From Octopus sinensis (Eukaryota): 64,000 nucleotides of DNA. Below are positions 1 through 13,358 of this stretch, one piece after another (the stretch's first letter is position 1; each line of letters begins with the position of its first letter). Both the position numbers and the translations under genes were made by a program. Below the pieces are notes generated by a model. That model did no database searches. It was not told where the DNA came from and worked only from the letters and a program-made list of their open reading frames with translations. Where the stretch lies: the NCBI RefSeq assembly GCF_006345805.1, contig NC_043004.1, positions 75,578,001 through 75,642,000 of the forward strand, read 5' to 3'.

Positions 1-202
1 GTATAGATTAATGAAATGATGACAAAGAAGACATGAGTAAAGGAATAAGGAGATGAAGAGAGAGAAGAAAAAAGAAGCATAAAAGTTCGCAGTTTAACTT
101 TCCGATGTTGTAGAAATAAGTCCATAAGTACAATCCTGCATAGATCCATGTGGGTACATATTTGCTTAGATCACCTGTGAACTAACCCCCATACTTTGTA
201 TG

Positions 203-237
<35 letters not shown>

Positions 238-645
238 TGTGTGTGTGTGTGTGCATACCCAAAGCAGCATGGAAGCTGGATGTTAGAAGACGACGACGAT
301 GATATATATATATATATAATTTAATAAATAAAATATATGCATACATACATACATATATGTATGTACCTACATCTACATGTATATATACATGTAGATATAT
401 ATATCTAATGTAGGATAATTTTTTTTTTCTTTTTCGAAAAAATTTTTATCAATGGCCATATTAAAAAATACCTTTAAAGGCTAAATTTATATAATTCATA
501 AATAAGGGCAAACGAAAAAGTTCCTAATGCCAAATATGCCGGCATATTTGGCATTAGGAAGTTTTTTTGTTTGCCCTTATTTATGAATTATATATATATA
601 TATATATATATTTCTTTTTCTTAATGAATATATTTTATTTTCAAG

Positions 646-710
646 GCTATTATGGTGTGGATTGTTCGCTTATGACTTCCAGGGCCTCTTGAGTGCCCTC
701 AGGTCTACCA
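646..710 (+). CDS. LRP2/megalin-like receptor, exon ending the last EGF repeat (GYYGVDC...), apparent -1 frameshift
   Basis: Acceptor ttttcaag/ and donor /gtaagt. The GYYGVDC frame hits TGA at 690-692; the frame shifted by -1 (SALRST) joins the transmembrane exon in phase. Confidence 0.6.
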
Positions 711-1075
711 GTAAGTATTTGCTATTATAATTCTTAACGAAGCTTCTTAATTAAAATAAATGATGCAAGCATAACGCATGACATTGTGGCTGAGTGATTC
801 ACTTCACAACCATGTGGTTTTGAGTTCAATCTCACTGCACAGCACACGCAAGTTGTAAAGGGAATTTAATAGATGGAAGCTATATGGAAGCTTATTTTGT
901 GTGGTGTGTGTGCGTACAGGTGCTCATATTTATAGACACACACTGCTTTCTACTGAGAAACTTGTTCCCAACCATTTGGTATCAGGTTCAGTCCTACTTC
1001 ATAGTACCTAGTTTTCTACTGTAGTTCTGGGCCGACCAAAGCCTTATGGGCGAATTTGGTTGAAAGAAGCCCACC

Positions 1076-1128
<53 letters not shown>

Positions 1129-1859
1129 GTAGGATAAAATTTTTTTCGAAAAAAATTTTTATCAATGGCTAGCATATTAAAAAATACCTTTAAAGGTTAA
1201 ATTTATAAATAACTTATAAAATAAGGGCAAAAGTAAAATTCTAATTAGAATTTTTATTTTGCCCTTATTTTATAAGTTATATATATAATTTGGGAAAACG
1301 AATTTCAGAGAAAAAAAATTGTCAGAGCTTTAATGCTTCTGGGAGACCCAACTTCACATACAGGACCAGGGGTGACTTTTTATGAAACTTGATTTTTCAA
1401 AAGGAAAAAGAGAAAAGGGGAGGGGGAATCACATATGCCATGAAATACAGTCGTCACCTTCCCAGCCAGTAAACTGGCTGAAGTCAGTACAGTTTCAGTT
1501 TCATTTCATACCAGCAATCTAACATTGTGTATACTTTTAGGAAATGTTACAATATCTCCTTTCCCTTTGACATAATTCAAACAAAATTAATGTTTATTGT
1601 ATTGCATCTTGGGAAGGTCACTATATCAATAAACACAAACACTGGTTTTATTGCACTTTATTTGTCAATTGGTTAAATAGTTAAGAAATGAAACAGAGCC
1701 AGTGTGTGTGTTTATTATTGGCATAATGACCCTCTTAAAATACATCATAATATGTTTCAATACATGAAATCACATCAAAAATCATGCAAACCAAATACAA
1801 AGATGGAACTAATATTCAAAATATTTATCTTTTTCATTTTACTTTCTTTCTTTAAACAG

Positions 1860-1947
1860 AGGTCACAGCAATTACAGTTCCTATTGTTCTACTGCTGATC
1901 ATGGGAAGCTTGACTCTAGCTGGTTATTACCTCATTAAAAAACGCAG
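1860..1947 (+). CDS. LRP2/megalin-like receptor, transmembrane exon
   Basis: Polypyrimidine tract + cag acceptor, gtaag donor. Encodes VTAITVPIVLLLIMGSLTLAGYYLIKKRR (hydrophobic helix then basic stop-transfer residues). Confidence 0.8.
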
Positions 1948-2409
1948 GTAAGAATATTTAAAAAGACTCAACAAGAACTCAGAGAGTGTGGCATTTATTT
2001 ATATTTTTCTTTCACACAGCCATCTTTTCCCTCCCAAATCCACCCACCCATCATCTCTGCCCACTGTTCTTGGGATGGTCTTGGAAGTAGACTCTTCAGA
2101 CATCTCTTTTATAAGGTTAAGTTAAAGTTCCATTCTTGGGTCATGTCGCCTCATAAGGGCTAGTGTACTGGTCTCTATGGCGTATATATATTCCCCACCT
2201 AGATGGGACACCACTCCATTGCAGGGTTATTCATTTTTGCCTGCTGTGTGTGCTGGAGCGATGTGGAATGAAATGTTTTGTTCAAGAACACAACACATCA
2301 CCCAATCCAAGAATCAAAATCACAATCTTATGTCCAACACCTCTAACCACTCATCCACACCTCCTTCATAGGGTCCTCCCACACAAACAGCTCTTATTAC
2401 AATTTCTGA

Positions 2410-2680
2410 CTGGTGACACGTAAAAGCACCAACCGATCGTGGCCGTTTGCCAGCCTGCTCTGGCTCCTGTGCCGGTGGCATGTAAAAAACACCCACTACA
2501 CTCACGGAGTGGTTGGCGTTAGGAAGGGCATCCAGCTGTAGAAACACTGCCAAATCAGACTGGAGCCTGGTGCTGCCTCCATGGCTTACCAGACCCCAGT
2601 CGAACCGTCCAACCCATGCTAGCATGGAAAATGGACTTTAAACGATGATAATAATGATGATGATGATGATGATGATGATT
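2410..2680 (+). mobile_element. abundant SINE-like retroposon with (ATG)n tail; many copies (e.g. 7520-7795, 8252-8407, 16297-16830, 27545-27845, 37375-37780, 41985-42212, 48470-48855, 56022-56697)
   Basis: Recurrent ggagtggttggcgttaggaagggcatccagctgtagaaac...ccaacccatgccagcatggaaa...gttaaa(cg)atgatgatg. Confidence 0.85.
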
Positions 2681-3254
2681 CCCAAGCATGACCAACTGAG
2701 ACTGTGGATATTATCCGACCATTTCATTCTCGGTCTGGCCCTTGGTCTATGCTTACGTCTCTTGCCAGTTGGCTCAGTTTCAAAAGTCCATCTTGTACTT
2801 CTTTACTGTCACATTCTAATCACATTGTGCCCAGACAGGGCTATGACCTCACAAAACAAAGATTTCCCTGATCTTTGTGTCATGTACCCTTCATGTTTAA
2901 ATTCGCTAATTGTTCCCAGCTGGAGCAAAAAATTAAGCACACATTTCATTGCAATGACTCGTCATTCTCATTATTGTCATTGTCACCATCAATGCCACCA
3001 CCACCACCACCACCAGTGCTGCCGCTGTCTTCATCATCGTCATCGTTATCATCATTCACTTTTCTATGGTCGCATGAGTCTTATGGCATGCTATTGAAGT
3101 AGATTTTATGGTAGGATGCCCTTCCTGTCACAGACCCTCACCTGTTTCTAAGCAACATATTTCCACATGACCAGACATGAATTCACAGAATATTTGAAAT
3201 GAATAAGTCACTTATTACAATCACACAATGTCAAGAAAAGGACACAAGCACACA

Positions 3255-3289
<35 letters not shown>

Positions 3290-4079
3290 ACACACAGAGG
3301 CATATATCCATGACAACTAGGATTGTGAAAAATAACCCCTGAAACTAAACACTTCAAACTGTTTAGTTGGTGCAATCATAAGAAGCAATTTATATTGGAG
3401 GCATGGATTTCCCCTCTTGCTTATGAGTGAACAGAAATCATACATAAATTGACACCTTTTGGACTTAACTGGAACTGGTCCAAATGAGATAACACCATCT
3501 TGCACAGAAGGGATTTTGCTTCAAAGAATTTTATTTCAGGGCTTTTCACAACCCTGGCGGACCAATACTGTATTCTTACCTCCATCGGGAAAGAAGTTAT
3601 GTGTCTCTGGTCAGTAGGTCTGATGTGTTACTGATATTGCTAAGAGCATAAGAGGCATGAAACCTATGGTAACTTTCTAATCAGCCATAACTAACGACTA
3701 CTTTAAATATTATTGCTCAAAAGGTTATTTACAGTGTGCTTTTTATGGGCTTATGAACAGCTCTGTGTGTGTGTGTGTGTGTGTTTTGTATACGTGACAA
3801 CCTTCTTTAAGTTTTCATCAAACAAATCCTCTCACAAGGCTTTCGTTGGCCTGGAACTTTAGCAGAAGACACTTGACCAAGGTGCCATGCAATGGGACTG
3901 AACCCCAAACCATGTTGTTGGTTGGAAAATAATCTGAACCACACTTCATTAAAATTGGTTTCTTGTTTGTTTGTTTGTTTTCCATTTATCACATTTTACT
4001 ACTTCATTTAATTGAATTCAATTTTACATTATTTTATTTCCAAACTGCGTAGGATATTTTCCATGGGTTTGTTCTCTAG

Positions 4080-4185
4080 GGGTCAAGATGAGCCCCATGA
4101 TCCTTCAGGAGTCGTAGCTTACCGTGACAATGGAAACATCCAAATTGATTCCCCAAATTATGAAAATGCAGCAGAAATGGAGATT
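4080..4185 (+). CDS. LRP2/megalin-like receptor, cytoplasmic tail exon
   Basis: ctctag acceptor, gtgagt donor, phase matches both neighbours. Encodes GQDEPHDPSGVVAYRDNGNIQIDSPNYENAAEMEI. Confidence 0.8.
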
Positions 4186-5373
4186 GTGAGTATTGAACTT
4201 TAATCTGCTTCTTTGTTTCCTGTATTCATAACGAAGGCCCGTGGTGGCCTAATTGCTAACGTGCTGCACCTGGCCACAAAACCTGGTTTTGTTTCCTAAA
4301 CCAGCAAAACATATCATTTCACATTGCTGCCACTCAGCAACAGGCAGGTGTCCCATCCAGGGGCAACACTGTCAGTTAAGGTGCATGGCTTAGTGATTAG
4401 GGTATTCAGCTTGCAATCATAAGGTCCTGAGTTCATCTCATGCTGTGTCCTTCAGCAAGACACTTTACTTCACATTACTCCAGTCCATTCTGCTGGTAAA
4501 AATTAGTTGTACCTGTATTTCAAAGAGCTAGCCTTGTCACACTGAATCTGCCTGACAACTATGTGAAGTGTATGTGTGTATGTGGAGTACTCAGCCACTT
4601 GCACATTAATTTCATAAGCAGGCTGTTCCATTGATCCGATCAACTGAATCACTCATAATTGATGAAGTGTCAGCTAACATTGTCAACTTGGTCACTTACA
4701 CCATGCCAAAAAGTTGATCTGCTTGTACATGAACTGCCCGAGAAAGCTGTAGAAAATCACCTGACACAGAGGTCCTCTCTCAAGCTGATCTGCCAAGCAT
4801 TTACACACTTTCAAGGAGTACATAAGTCCGGTGGGCAGGCCACCTTGTTTGAATGCATGACACATGATTCTCAAGGGATTGTTTTATAGCAAACTGGTGG
4901 AATACAAGCACATGTAAGGTAGAGAGAAAAAGCACTTCAAGAATTGACTCAAAGCCTCACTGAAGAGCTTTGAGATCAACTCTGACCCCTCGGGGACACA
5001 AGCACAAGTCCTGCCTGGTGTAGTGGCACCAGCAGAGGTACTACCCCTTACAATCAGAACACGAAGTAAACGTGAACTGCTCAAGTCCAGTGCCAACTCC
5101 TTGCCTTCAGGCTCAGCAGAACCTTCTGAGCATGCATTGGACTGGTCAGCCACAGCCAGACACACCATGTCCTGTTTTTCTCTCCCATGTAATGTCCTTG
5201 GTCAACAAGATCAACAAGGACAAATAAACTAATTATAATACATATATGTGACAGGCTTCCTTGCAGTTTCCATCTACACACATGAAGTGCAGTATTTAAA
5301 AGTCTGTTTGATTATATTTCTTTCCATAATGTACAAATCTTTTACATATAAGTTCTTTTCTCTCACATTGCAG

Positions 5374-5627
5374 GCCTCAATTGAAAATGAATACAGCTTA
5401 CCAGATCCTACGACACCAACAAATTTCAGCAACCCAATGTTTAGAATGGATACACCAGCAAAAGAACTGAAACCATCAAAAACAGATGAGAAACCACCCG
5501 AAGTCCTAAAGATAAGAAAGCTAAAAAGGAGAACCTTTATGTGACTCTAATGACATCGAAAGCTCTTGACCCGACGGAGGATACGGAGAGAGATACGGCA
5601 GATTTAGTAACAAGAGGGGATCACTGA
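5374..5627 (+). CDS. LRP2/megalin-like receptor, terminal coding exon (apparent -1 frameshift near 5497)
   Basis: ttgcag acceptor. PTNFSNPMF is an FxNPxY/F-type motif. The shifted frame gives ...ALDPTEDTERDTADLVTRGDH*, resembling the megalin C-terminus (ATEDTFKDTANLV). Confidence 0.75.
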
Positions 5628-7813
5628 GTCATAAAGCCCAGCTAAAGACATTGAGCCATATGCATCTACCTCTCCTGATGTGGACGAACAAACTCCCCTG
5701 AAACCCTTTTACATTCCAGCAACACAAAGAACACTAAATTTCCATTGGACAATTTTGAAAACATTTAAAATATTCAAAAAGCTGTGATTCTTGCAAAACT
5801 CAGAGAAAAAAAACGAGTCATTTTGTTTTTCTGGTGGGGAGAGCACAGGTGACTTCTCAGCACCCTTGGACCTTTTTCTCTTTAGTATATGGCTCCTCCA
5901 GCCCCTCCCTCTCACTCACTGCCTCCCCCCATATTCCTCACCTAATAGAAATAAAAAATAACTAAAAAAAAAGGAAATATTGGTATTCCTGAGCTGAAAA
6001 GTATTGTGGCAAAAGAAGAAGAAGAAGGAAGGAAGGAAGCAGATTTGATGGGAATTGTTATGTCTCGTTGTGTCCCAACTCTCTTTTCTCAAATGTTTTG
6101 GAAGAAAATAAAAAAAAATGTAAACCTTTGTTAAAGCTATTATTGATTTGCAGTTCCACAATGTCGTGGAGGGAGGGGTAGCGACGATCTGTTCTGGGCA
6201 ACACTTTTGGGTCTGCTCTGTAAATGTTTATAGGGAGTGGAGGGCTCAAATCCAATGGCTGCTCCAGCAGCAGCACATGCTCCAGCTGGGTCATTGGTTC
6301 TACAGCTCTCTCTCTATTACTGTTGTTTAACCCTGGGTCAATACTGGTCAAGAAAATCTACAATCTAAAACATCCAGGCAATGACTAAATGACCATTAGC
6401 AACACCTTTGTTTTGTTTTTTTGTTTTTTTACATGAGTGACACAGTGTATCTAGACATACACTATCCACTATGTGCCTTCTATTGTGAGACAACAGGGTG
6501 CAATGGTATGACATGAGGAGAACCCAACCAACATTTGCAACAAGAGAGGCCTCCCTGTACAAGATTCGTTGATGGTTGGTGTTGATATTTAGCATGGGTT
6601 TGGCCCCAGTCCAGCAGATGCAATACACAAAAGCACTCCTTCCAGCAGTGATGTAGCAACAGAGTGTGCCTCCCTGGGGCAGTGCTTGAGCCCTTACAAA
6701 AGATACAGCATATTGCACAATAGTCTCTCATACATACATATATATCCTGTCTCATTCATAAGCTGTCTCCTTAAGCATTCAGAATAATTCTTCCATCATC
6801 TTTGCTTAACAGCCCTCAGTTTGTTTTTACTCTCATTGTTCTGTCTTTTACTGTTTTTACTGTCCTGTTCTTGTTACCACTTTTACCCTCCGCAAAAAAT
6901 CCCAAATTTTATTTAATTTGCTTTGCGGGAAGGACTGTTTCAACAAAGTCGCGTCTTGTCCTTGCCTTCGAAATGCGGAGTAGACGAAACAGGGACAACT
7001 GAAGAAGGGGAATATTCCTTGTGTTGTATGTCTTGTAGTCTGTTTTTTTCGTTGTTTGAAAAAAAGTTCGTTTCTATGTTTTTGTTTTATGTTTTCGTTT
7101 CTTATTGTGTTCAATGTTTTTTTGATGTCCTGTACCCATATATGCACAAAAAATACATATTACATAGTGATTCTCTCTTAGATATATATATATATCTATA
7201 TTACGGTATTGACCCGGCCATCAGATGCAGTTATACACCACTGGTCACAATGCACTTCCAGTTGTCTAGGATGCACCATTCTCTTCCATCTTAACTCAAA
7301 TTGTTTGATTAAATCATATTCCCATCATTATGGAGGCCTTCCAAGTGGCCTTTTCTGATCTCTTGGATACCATTCGGCACTTGTTATCTGTAAACTTTGC
7401 AGCATGTTTGGCCCAGTGGAACTTGGGCTTTTAGTACTCTGCTATCACATTATTCACTCCACCTAATTCCCAAATTATCCTATTGCAAATAAAAAGGGAA
7501 AACGAAAACATATTTTTGTTTGTTGCCAGTACTGTGGACTGGCTCCCATGCAGGTAGCACGTAAAAAACACCTTTTGAGTGTGGTCGTTGCCAGAACCAC
7601 CTGACTGGCCCTCGTGCCGGTGGCATGCAAAAGCACCCACTACAATCTTGGAGTGGTTGGCATTAGGAAGAGCATCCAGCTGTAGAAACTTTACCAGATC
7701 AGATTGGAGCCTGGTGCAGCCTTCTGGCTCACCAGTCCTCAGTCAAACCATCCAACCCATGCCAACATGGAAAGTGGACATTAAACAATGATAAATAAAT
7801 ATCTATATATATA

Positions 7814-8070
7814 CAGTATCTCATAGAAGTGTGTGTACACCCCTAAAAAATTTCCATTATTCTAATAATATCAAAGGAAATCAAGCGAAATTTATACTGA
7901 ATAAATATTATGCATGCAAACATTATACAAATCTGGAACACAATAAACATATTCAAAGATATGAACGAAATATTAATTTTCAAACGATACAAAAATATGT
8001 ACACCCTACAGGATATTATCAGAGTAATAGCAATTTTACTGAAATTTTTTTAGGGGTGTACATACTTCTG
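7814..8070. mobile_element. Tc1-like MITE
   Basis: TA-CAGTATCTCA... left end; inverted repeat gtacacccctaaaaaatttc / gaaatttttttaggggtgtac. Confidence 0.65.
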
Positions 8071-8424
8071 TGCATGCTTCCCAGTAACATGGGCCCTGGT
8101 TCAGTCTTACAGCATGGCACCTTCTACTATAGCACTATGGGCTGATCAAAGCCTTGTGAGTGGATTCAATACATGGAAACTAAAAGAAGCCCATCATATA
8201 TATAAACCAAGCAAAGACAGCTGGATGCCCTTCCTAATGCCAGTATATATATCATCATCATCATCATTTAACGTCCGCTTTCCATGCTAGCATGGGTTGG
8301 ACGGTTCAACTGGGGTCTGGGAGCCCAAAGGCTGCACCAGGCCAGTCAGATCTGGCAGTGTTTCTACAGCTGGATGCCCTTCCTAACGCCAACCACTCCG
8401 AGAGTGTATATACATATATAAATA

Positions 8425-9030
8425 CTCCACTGGTTTGATCATGTGATGCAGATGGATGCTGACAGCTCCACAAGGAAGTGGTGATCTCTCAAATTGGATG
8501 GAACTGGTGAAGACATGGGATGAAGTACTAAAAGATGTAGTGATGCCATCTTGAAAATCTCCAGCACGCGTGTGCAGGGTTGGAATCTTCCGGAAGTTCC
8601 CTCATACACGTGCAGAAAACTAGCAGCAACGAAATTCTCTTGTATCTGTCTTTGATGCTAGCAGCTGAACGATACAAACGGGTCTCCAGCAGCTCTATCG
8701 AGCTGCTACCTCATGGCGCATCCCCGCTATGCTTGAACGGGCACGATTGACTACTGCTGATAAGATCCCAAGCTGCCGATTCGCCCAGAGGAAGGAAATG
8801 TTTATATTGCGAATCCAAGAATAAATATTTATACTGCTGAAGTTAAGGGAAAATCTTGACCCTTTCTTCAATTAATATTTGGTGTAAAGGATGCGAGCAG
8901 CACCCATCCAGTGCGGGAATCTCTCATCCTGTTACAAGGACAACCTCAGGATGCTGAACTTTTCAAATGAGATGACAAAGGACCAAGATGCCTGGTGCCT
9001 TGATGTACTCAAAAAATCTCTACTCCACAG
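8425..9030 (+). mobile_element. RTE-clade LINE 3' fragment interrupted by a solo LTR
   Basis: Translates as WFDHVMQMD...KTWDEVLK | DNLRML...EMTKDQDAW, typical of the RTE C-terminus. Confidence 0.6.
8536..8936 (+). mobile_element. solo LTR (gypsy-like)
   Basis: TGTA...TACA termini, aaga/agga 4-bp flanks, internal AATAAA; splits an RTE reading frame. Confidence 0.6.
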
Positions 9031-10150
9031 CAAAAGTGTTAAGGTGACTGCTAGTGAAGAAAATTGGCCTGTGCCAGATCCACATAAAAAGCACTCATGC
9101 CAGTGCCTCGGTGGAAGCACCCACCACACAATGTAAAGTTCTCCTCCAAGCACAAGTCCAGGCAAGGCTGTTTATGGAAGACCAGCAGTCACCCATGCAT
9201 ACCAGCCTCCACTTTCCATGCCACTGATGTTATCCAAGGGAAAGGCAAAGGATGATACAACTTCACATGAGTGACGTTGCAACTCATTTCTACAGATGAA
9301 TGAACTGGAGCAATGTGAAATAAAGTGCCTTGCTCAAGAACACAACACACAGCCCGGTCCAGGAATCAAACTCACTATCTCTTGAATGTGATCCTGATGC
9401 TCTAGCCACTGAGCCATGCAAACCTCTCAGTCACACACCCATTCCTATGTCTATACATTTCTCTTTTTAAGCAAGATGGTAATGGTAAGAGTGATTTTTG
9501 ACTGTAGGTCTGCTTAACCAGGATTACTTTAAAGTAAGACAACTTTGGAACATTTTATGTGACATAAAATTCCTTGCTGGTGATAGATTAACCCTTTTGA
9601 TACCAACCTGTCCAAACCGCCTCGGCTCTGTAGTACAAATGTCTTGTTTTCAAAAATTCTGAATTAAAATCTTCCACCAAACCTTAGTCACAATTTATGT
9701 TCCTAACACTAGCTTAATGATGACTAAGTTATTTTAATAAATTCTTTCTTATATTTAATATTAATTGAAAAAAAACACAGAGCACCTCAACAGAAATATG
9801 GTAACAAAAAGGTGCTAAGCATCATTGACCTTCCATCTCAACTCATTATAAACACTCTTCTGTCAACCCAGCCATTCCTGCTCTGAATCTTACACAGTAA
9901 ACAAGATGACAGAGTCTCACATAACATGGCTTGTTGAAAAGTTTTCAATTAGCTAGAATTATCTTTGCAGTTAGTGAACAATTACTCCCTCAAGGTGTGT
10001 AAAAAAAAAATCTACTAAACAACAACCACCAGAGATAACTCTGATTATATAAACCAGTAGTTCTCAACCATTTTTTTGCCTCTGGGCCCCATTCATTCTT
10101 ATTTCACACAGGTGGACCCTCACAGCCATTCCACATTTAAAAACTCCTCC

Positions 10151-11044
10151 TATGGCCCATCCCATAAATGATGCAGTTTTTTTTATACGTCTTTTATTTT
10201 TAAAAATTAAGATAAACAAAATTCTTTTTTTCATCTAAAATATACTCTCCTTCAATTTATACAATATTCTTTTATCTCTCTGGTAGACTTGCAAGGCTCT
10301 TCTTCCAAAATCCACTTGTCCATGATGAAAAATACTCCTCCAGTACTATTCTGAAACCATCTAAAGAATTCATACTTTTACCATCCAAATGATTTTGAAG
10401 ACTAAAATAAATGATAATCAAATGGGGCAATGTCTGGCAAATATGGTTGGTGGTGCATCGTTTCCCATTCAAACTGCTCCAGCCTTTGGAATGTCATCCT
10501 CACTGTGTGTGGCCGAGCATTATCCTGATGGAAGAACACCTTTTGTCGTGAAACCAAAGATGGTTGTTTTTCTTCTAGCACTTACTTTGAATGACTGGTT
10601 GAACGACCAAATCCAAGCTTCTCTGCCAGTTACAATTGGGTTTTTGTTCCACCAGGGTTTGCAGGTCGTCCTCATCAAGCTCTACAGATCTTCCAGGACA
10701 AGGCTCATCTTCTAGATTGTAGCTTCTGGCTCAGAATTTCTGGAACCACCACTGACACTGACTTACACTGCAGTAATATTCCTTGCACTCTCCATTGTGT
10801 TGTTGTCTTTATTGAGATTGGAAAGCAAAATATGCCAAATATGCTCCTGTGTCACTTCCATTATAACTTTGAAAAAGTAACTGTTAAAATCGAGCTGCAC
10901 TCTTCAAAAGCAGCACTAAGAATAAGTACAAGGTAAAATTACTATCTGCTTTTATAGCAAGTTGATTCAGGTAGTTTATCCCGTCCCCCTCCAACTTTTA
11001 GTTCATGCAATTGAAAAAAGCACATTATTTATGGATGACTTCTA
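10151..11044 (-). mobile_element. degenerate mariner transposon relic
   Basis: Translated fragments QWWFQKF*..LEDEPCPGRS, VFFHQDNARPH and LQNHLDGK...LPER; TIR-like catcc(c)ataaat at both ends. Confidence 0.8.
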
Positions 11045-11648
11045 TGGTTAGATGTTATTAGAAATGGTATGAATTTTTCAATATAACTGGAATGCTGCTG
11101 CTGAAGAGACCAGCCCCTCCGAATTGAGCAGCTGCATCGCAGTCTTCAGACTTCTTGTCTGTCGAGCCATTCTACAACTTTATTATGGCTTTACAATCAG
11201 AGGGGAGATAATCCTATTTTTCTTTTTTTTTTTTCCCCACCCTTCGACTTTTTGCATCCACCTTGTTTCTTCTCAGTTTCTCTTGTCCTAGTCTCCTAAT
11301 TTGTGAGCTGTATAGGCCTGTGCTCAGAACACAAAGTTTGCTTGGAGACACAAAGCATGTTATTAGAACTCAGCCAGACTACATCTCCAAGGCATGAAAC
11401 TATTAGTAGCTTGTAACTGTATGCTGTGTAAATTAAATAATTTTCATCTCTCACTGAATTGAATACTTTTTTGTTGATCTTACCTCAATGGAAAAGTAAA
11501 CTATATCATCATCATCATCATTTAACATCCGCTTTCCATAGCAGGGTTATTCATTCACACCCAACATGCTTTGCACAAGAACACAACACACCACCTGCTC
11601 CAGGAACTGAAACCACAATCTTGCTACCATGAGTGGCACAACCTTACC

Positions 11649-11918
11649 CGGTGGTTCTCAACCGTTTTATGCCTATGGATCCCTTCTGATTTCCTACTTT
11701 ACTCTGCTGGATCTTCATAGCCATTTGATGTTTCAAAAAAAAAAACAAAAAAATCCTATTTTACTTTTATAATTAGATGTTATTAGGGACTGTACAAAAA
11801 CATTGTTAAAACATTTTGTGCATTGTGAAAGTATAACTAAATTATTCCACATAAATTTAAGCAACAAAATCTTATATGGTCCTGCAAGGATCATGTGAAC
11901 TCTGGTTGAGAAACACTG
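11649..11918. mobile_element. hAT-type MITE (relative at 37901-38150; fragments at 10056 and 21177)
   Basis: c(a/g)gtggttctcaacc...ggttgagaaacactg TIRs; 8-bp flanks accttacc/ccctaacc. Confidence 0.7.
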
Positions 11919-13358
11919 CCCTAACCACAAGACCCCAGGCTTTCACTAGAGAAGTTTAGCACCTGGAAATTGGTTTCCCAACAGAATACAAAAATAAAAT
12001 CGACAAATATCTGTATGTGTTGAGAGAAAAAAAAAAGAAATAAAGAAGAACAACAACAACATGTGTGTAAATATGTGGAGATTTATTTAAAACACTGAGG
12101 TTCGTTGGCCAAATCCCTTAGACTCAGGGTGATTTGGTGACTGATATATAGAAGTCCTGCTAAAAATTGTAACAGTAACACACATGATCCAACCACGGAA
12201 ATTGTGGTGGTGTGCCAACAGACATTCACTCCTTCAGACATGGCACAGCATTTACAATCACGTTTATGCCCTGCTGCACACTCCACTTGATTGCTGTCAC
12301 AGCAACACCTTGAGTCCAACTGTTTGTATGCAAATGTGGATGGTTGTAAAAACCATCGATGCCTTTTTTTTCATTAATCTGAGAACCAAGAGAAGAGAAG
12401 GGAGAGAGAGAGAAAGAAAAGAAAAGTGTTCTCCTTCCTCCCTTAATACTGCAGGCATTTAAACAAACAAGACAAGAACAGAAACACACAATCCAATCTC
12501 TGCATCACATACGCCATTCACTTTACACACGCAGTCCATTGTCAAAGGGAAAACGTTGAAATTGCTGAATGACCCCCCTTTTTTTTTCCTTTTTATTTAT
12601 TTATTTTTTTTTTTTTGAGTCTTCAATGCAAACATAAGACCATTTCTTGCGAATGAGATAAGAAATATGACAGCATTGAGTGAAAGGAATAAGTTATGGA
12701 AATTGGTAAGTACAAGAATTTAACGGCCTTCCACGCAAACAGACACACAGACAGACAGACAGCCACGCCAGAATAGAGCAATATCACCTGACAAGGATGG
12801 TTGTTTTGTGTGTGGTTGGGTCAGTGGTTCACAATTGCTGCAGTAAAATTAATGAAGATGAGACAGAAATGGAATGAATATCTGGATGTTTTTATACCTC
12901 CTACCACCTCAGTTCAAAAGCCTGAACTAAACAAAGAGGACTTTTGGGAGGAAGGTAAGAGGAAGAGGACTGATGGAGAGTTGTTATAAAGATAAAAAGA
13001 AGATGAAGTCATGTGGAGAGAATTAACAAGATGAATGAAACCTAAAAAGGGATGGAGTTGTTATGGGATGGGAGAAGTTCCTAAAACCTTTTATTATGAA
13101 ATCTGAAGGAAATATTTTTTTTAAAAAAAAAGGGCTTTGTTTCGTTTCTTTTTTTTAAAAATAAAATAAAATTCACGAAATAAGTTAAAAAAAAACTCAA
13201 CTAATAAAATAATACAATATATATATATGATAAAAATGAAAAATAAACATTTGAAAATAAGTGAACACGAATTTGAAATGTTTAAAATAAAGTGATGCCA
13301 GTTCATTAATGGAAAGGTATCTGAGCAATGTCTAAGTTAATGGAACCAGAGAATAGAA

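Noticed and set aside
2645-3102. His/Met/Pro-rich ORFs
   Set aside because: Produced by (ATG)n, (CAT)n and (CAC)n microsatellites and SINE tails within an intron.
4655-5225. Cluster of short ORFs in the receptor's last intron
   Set aside because: Probably a decayed LINE ORF2 fragment (E..EHAL motif); too degenerate to classify.
5248-5544. ORF end RRTFM* as the true receptor C-terminus
   Set aside because: The -1 frame carries the megalin-like ending, so this stop probably results from a frameshift.
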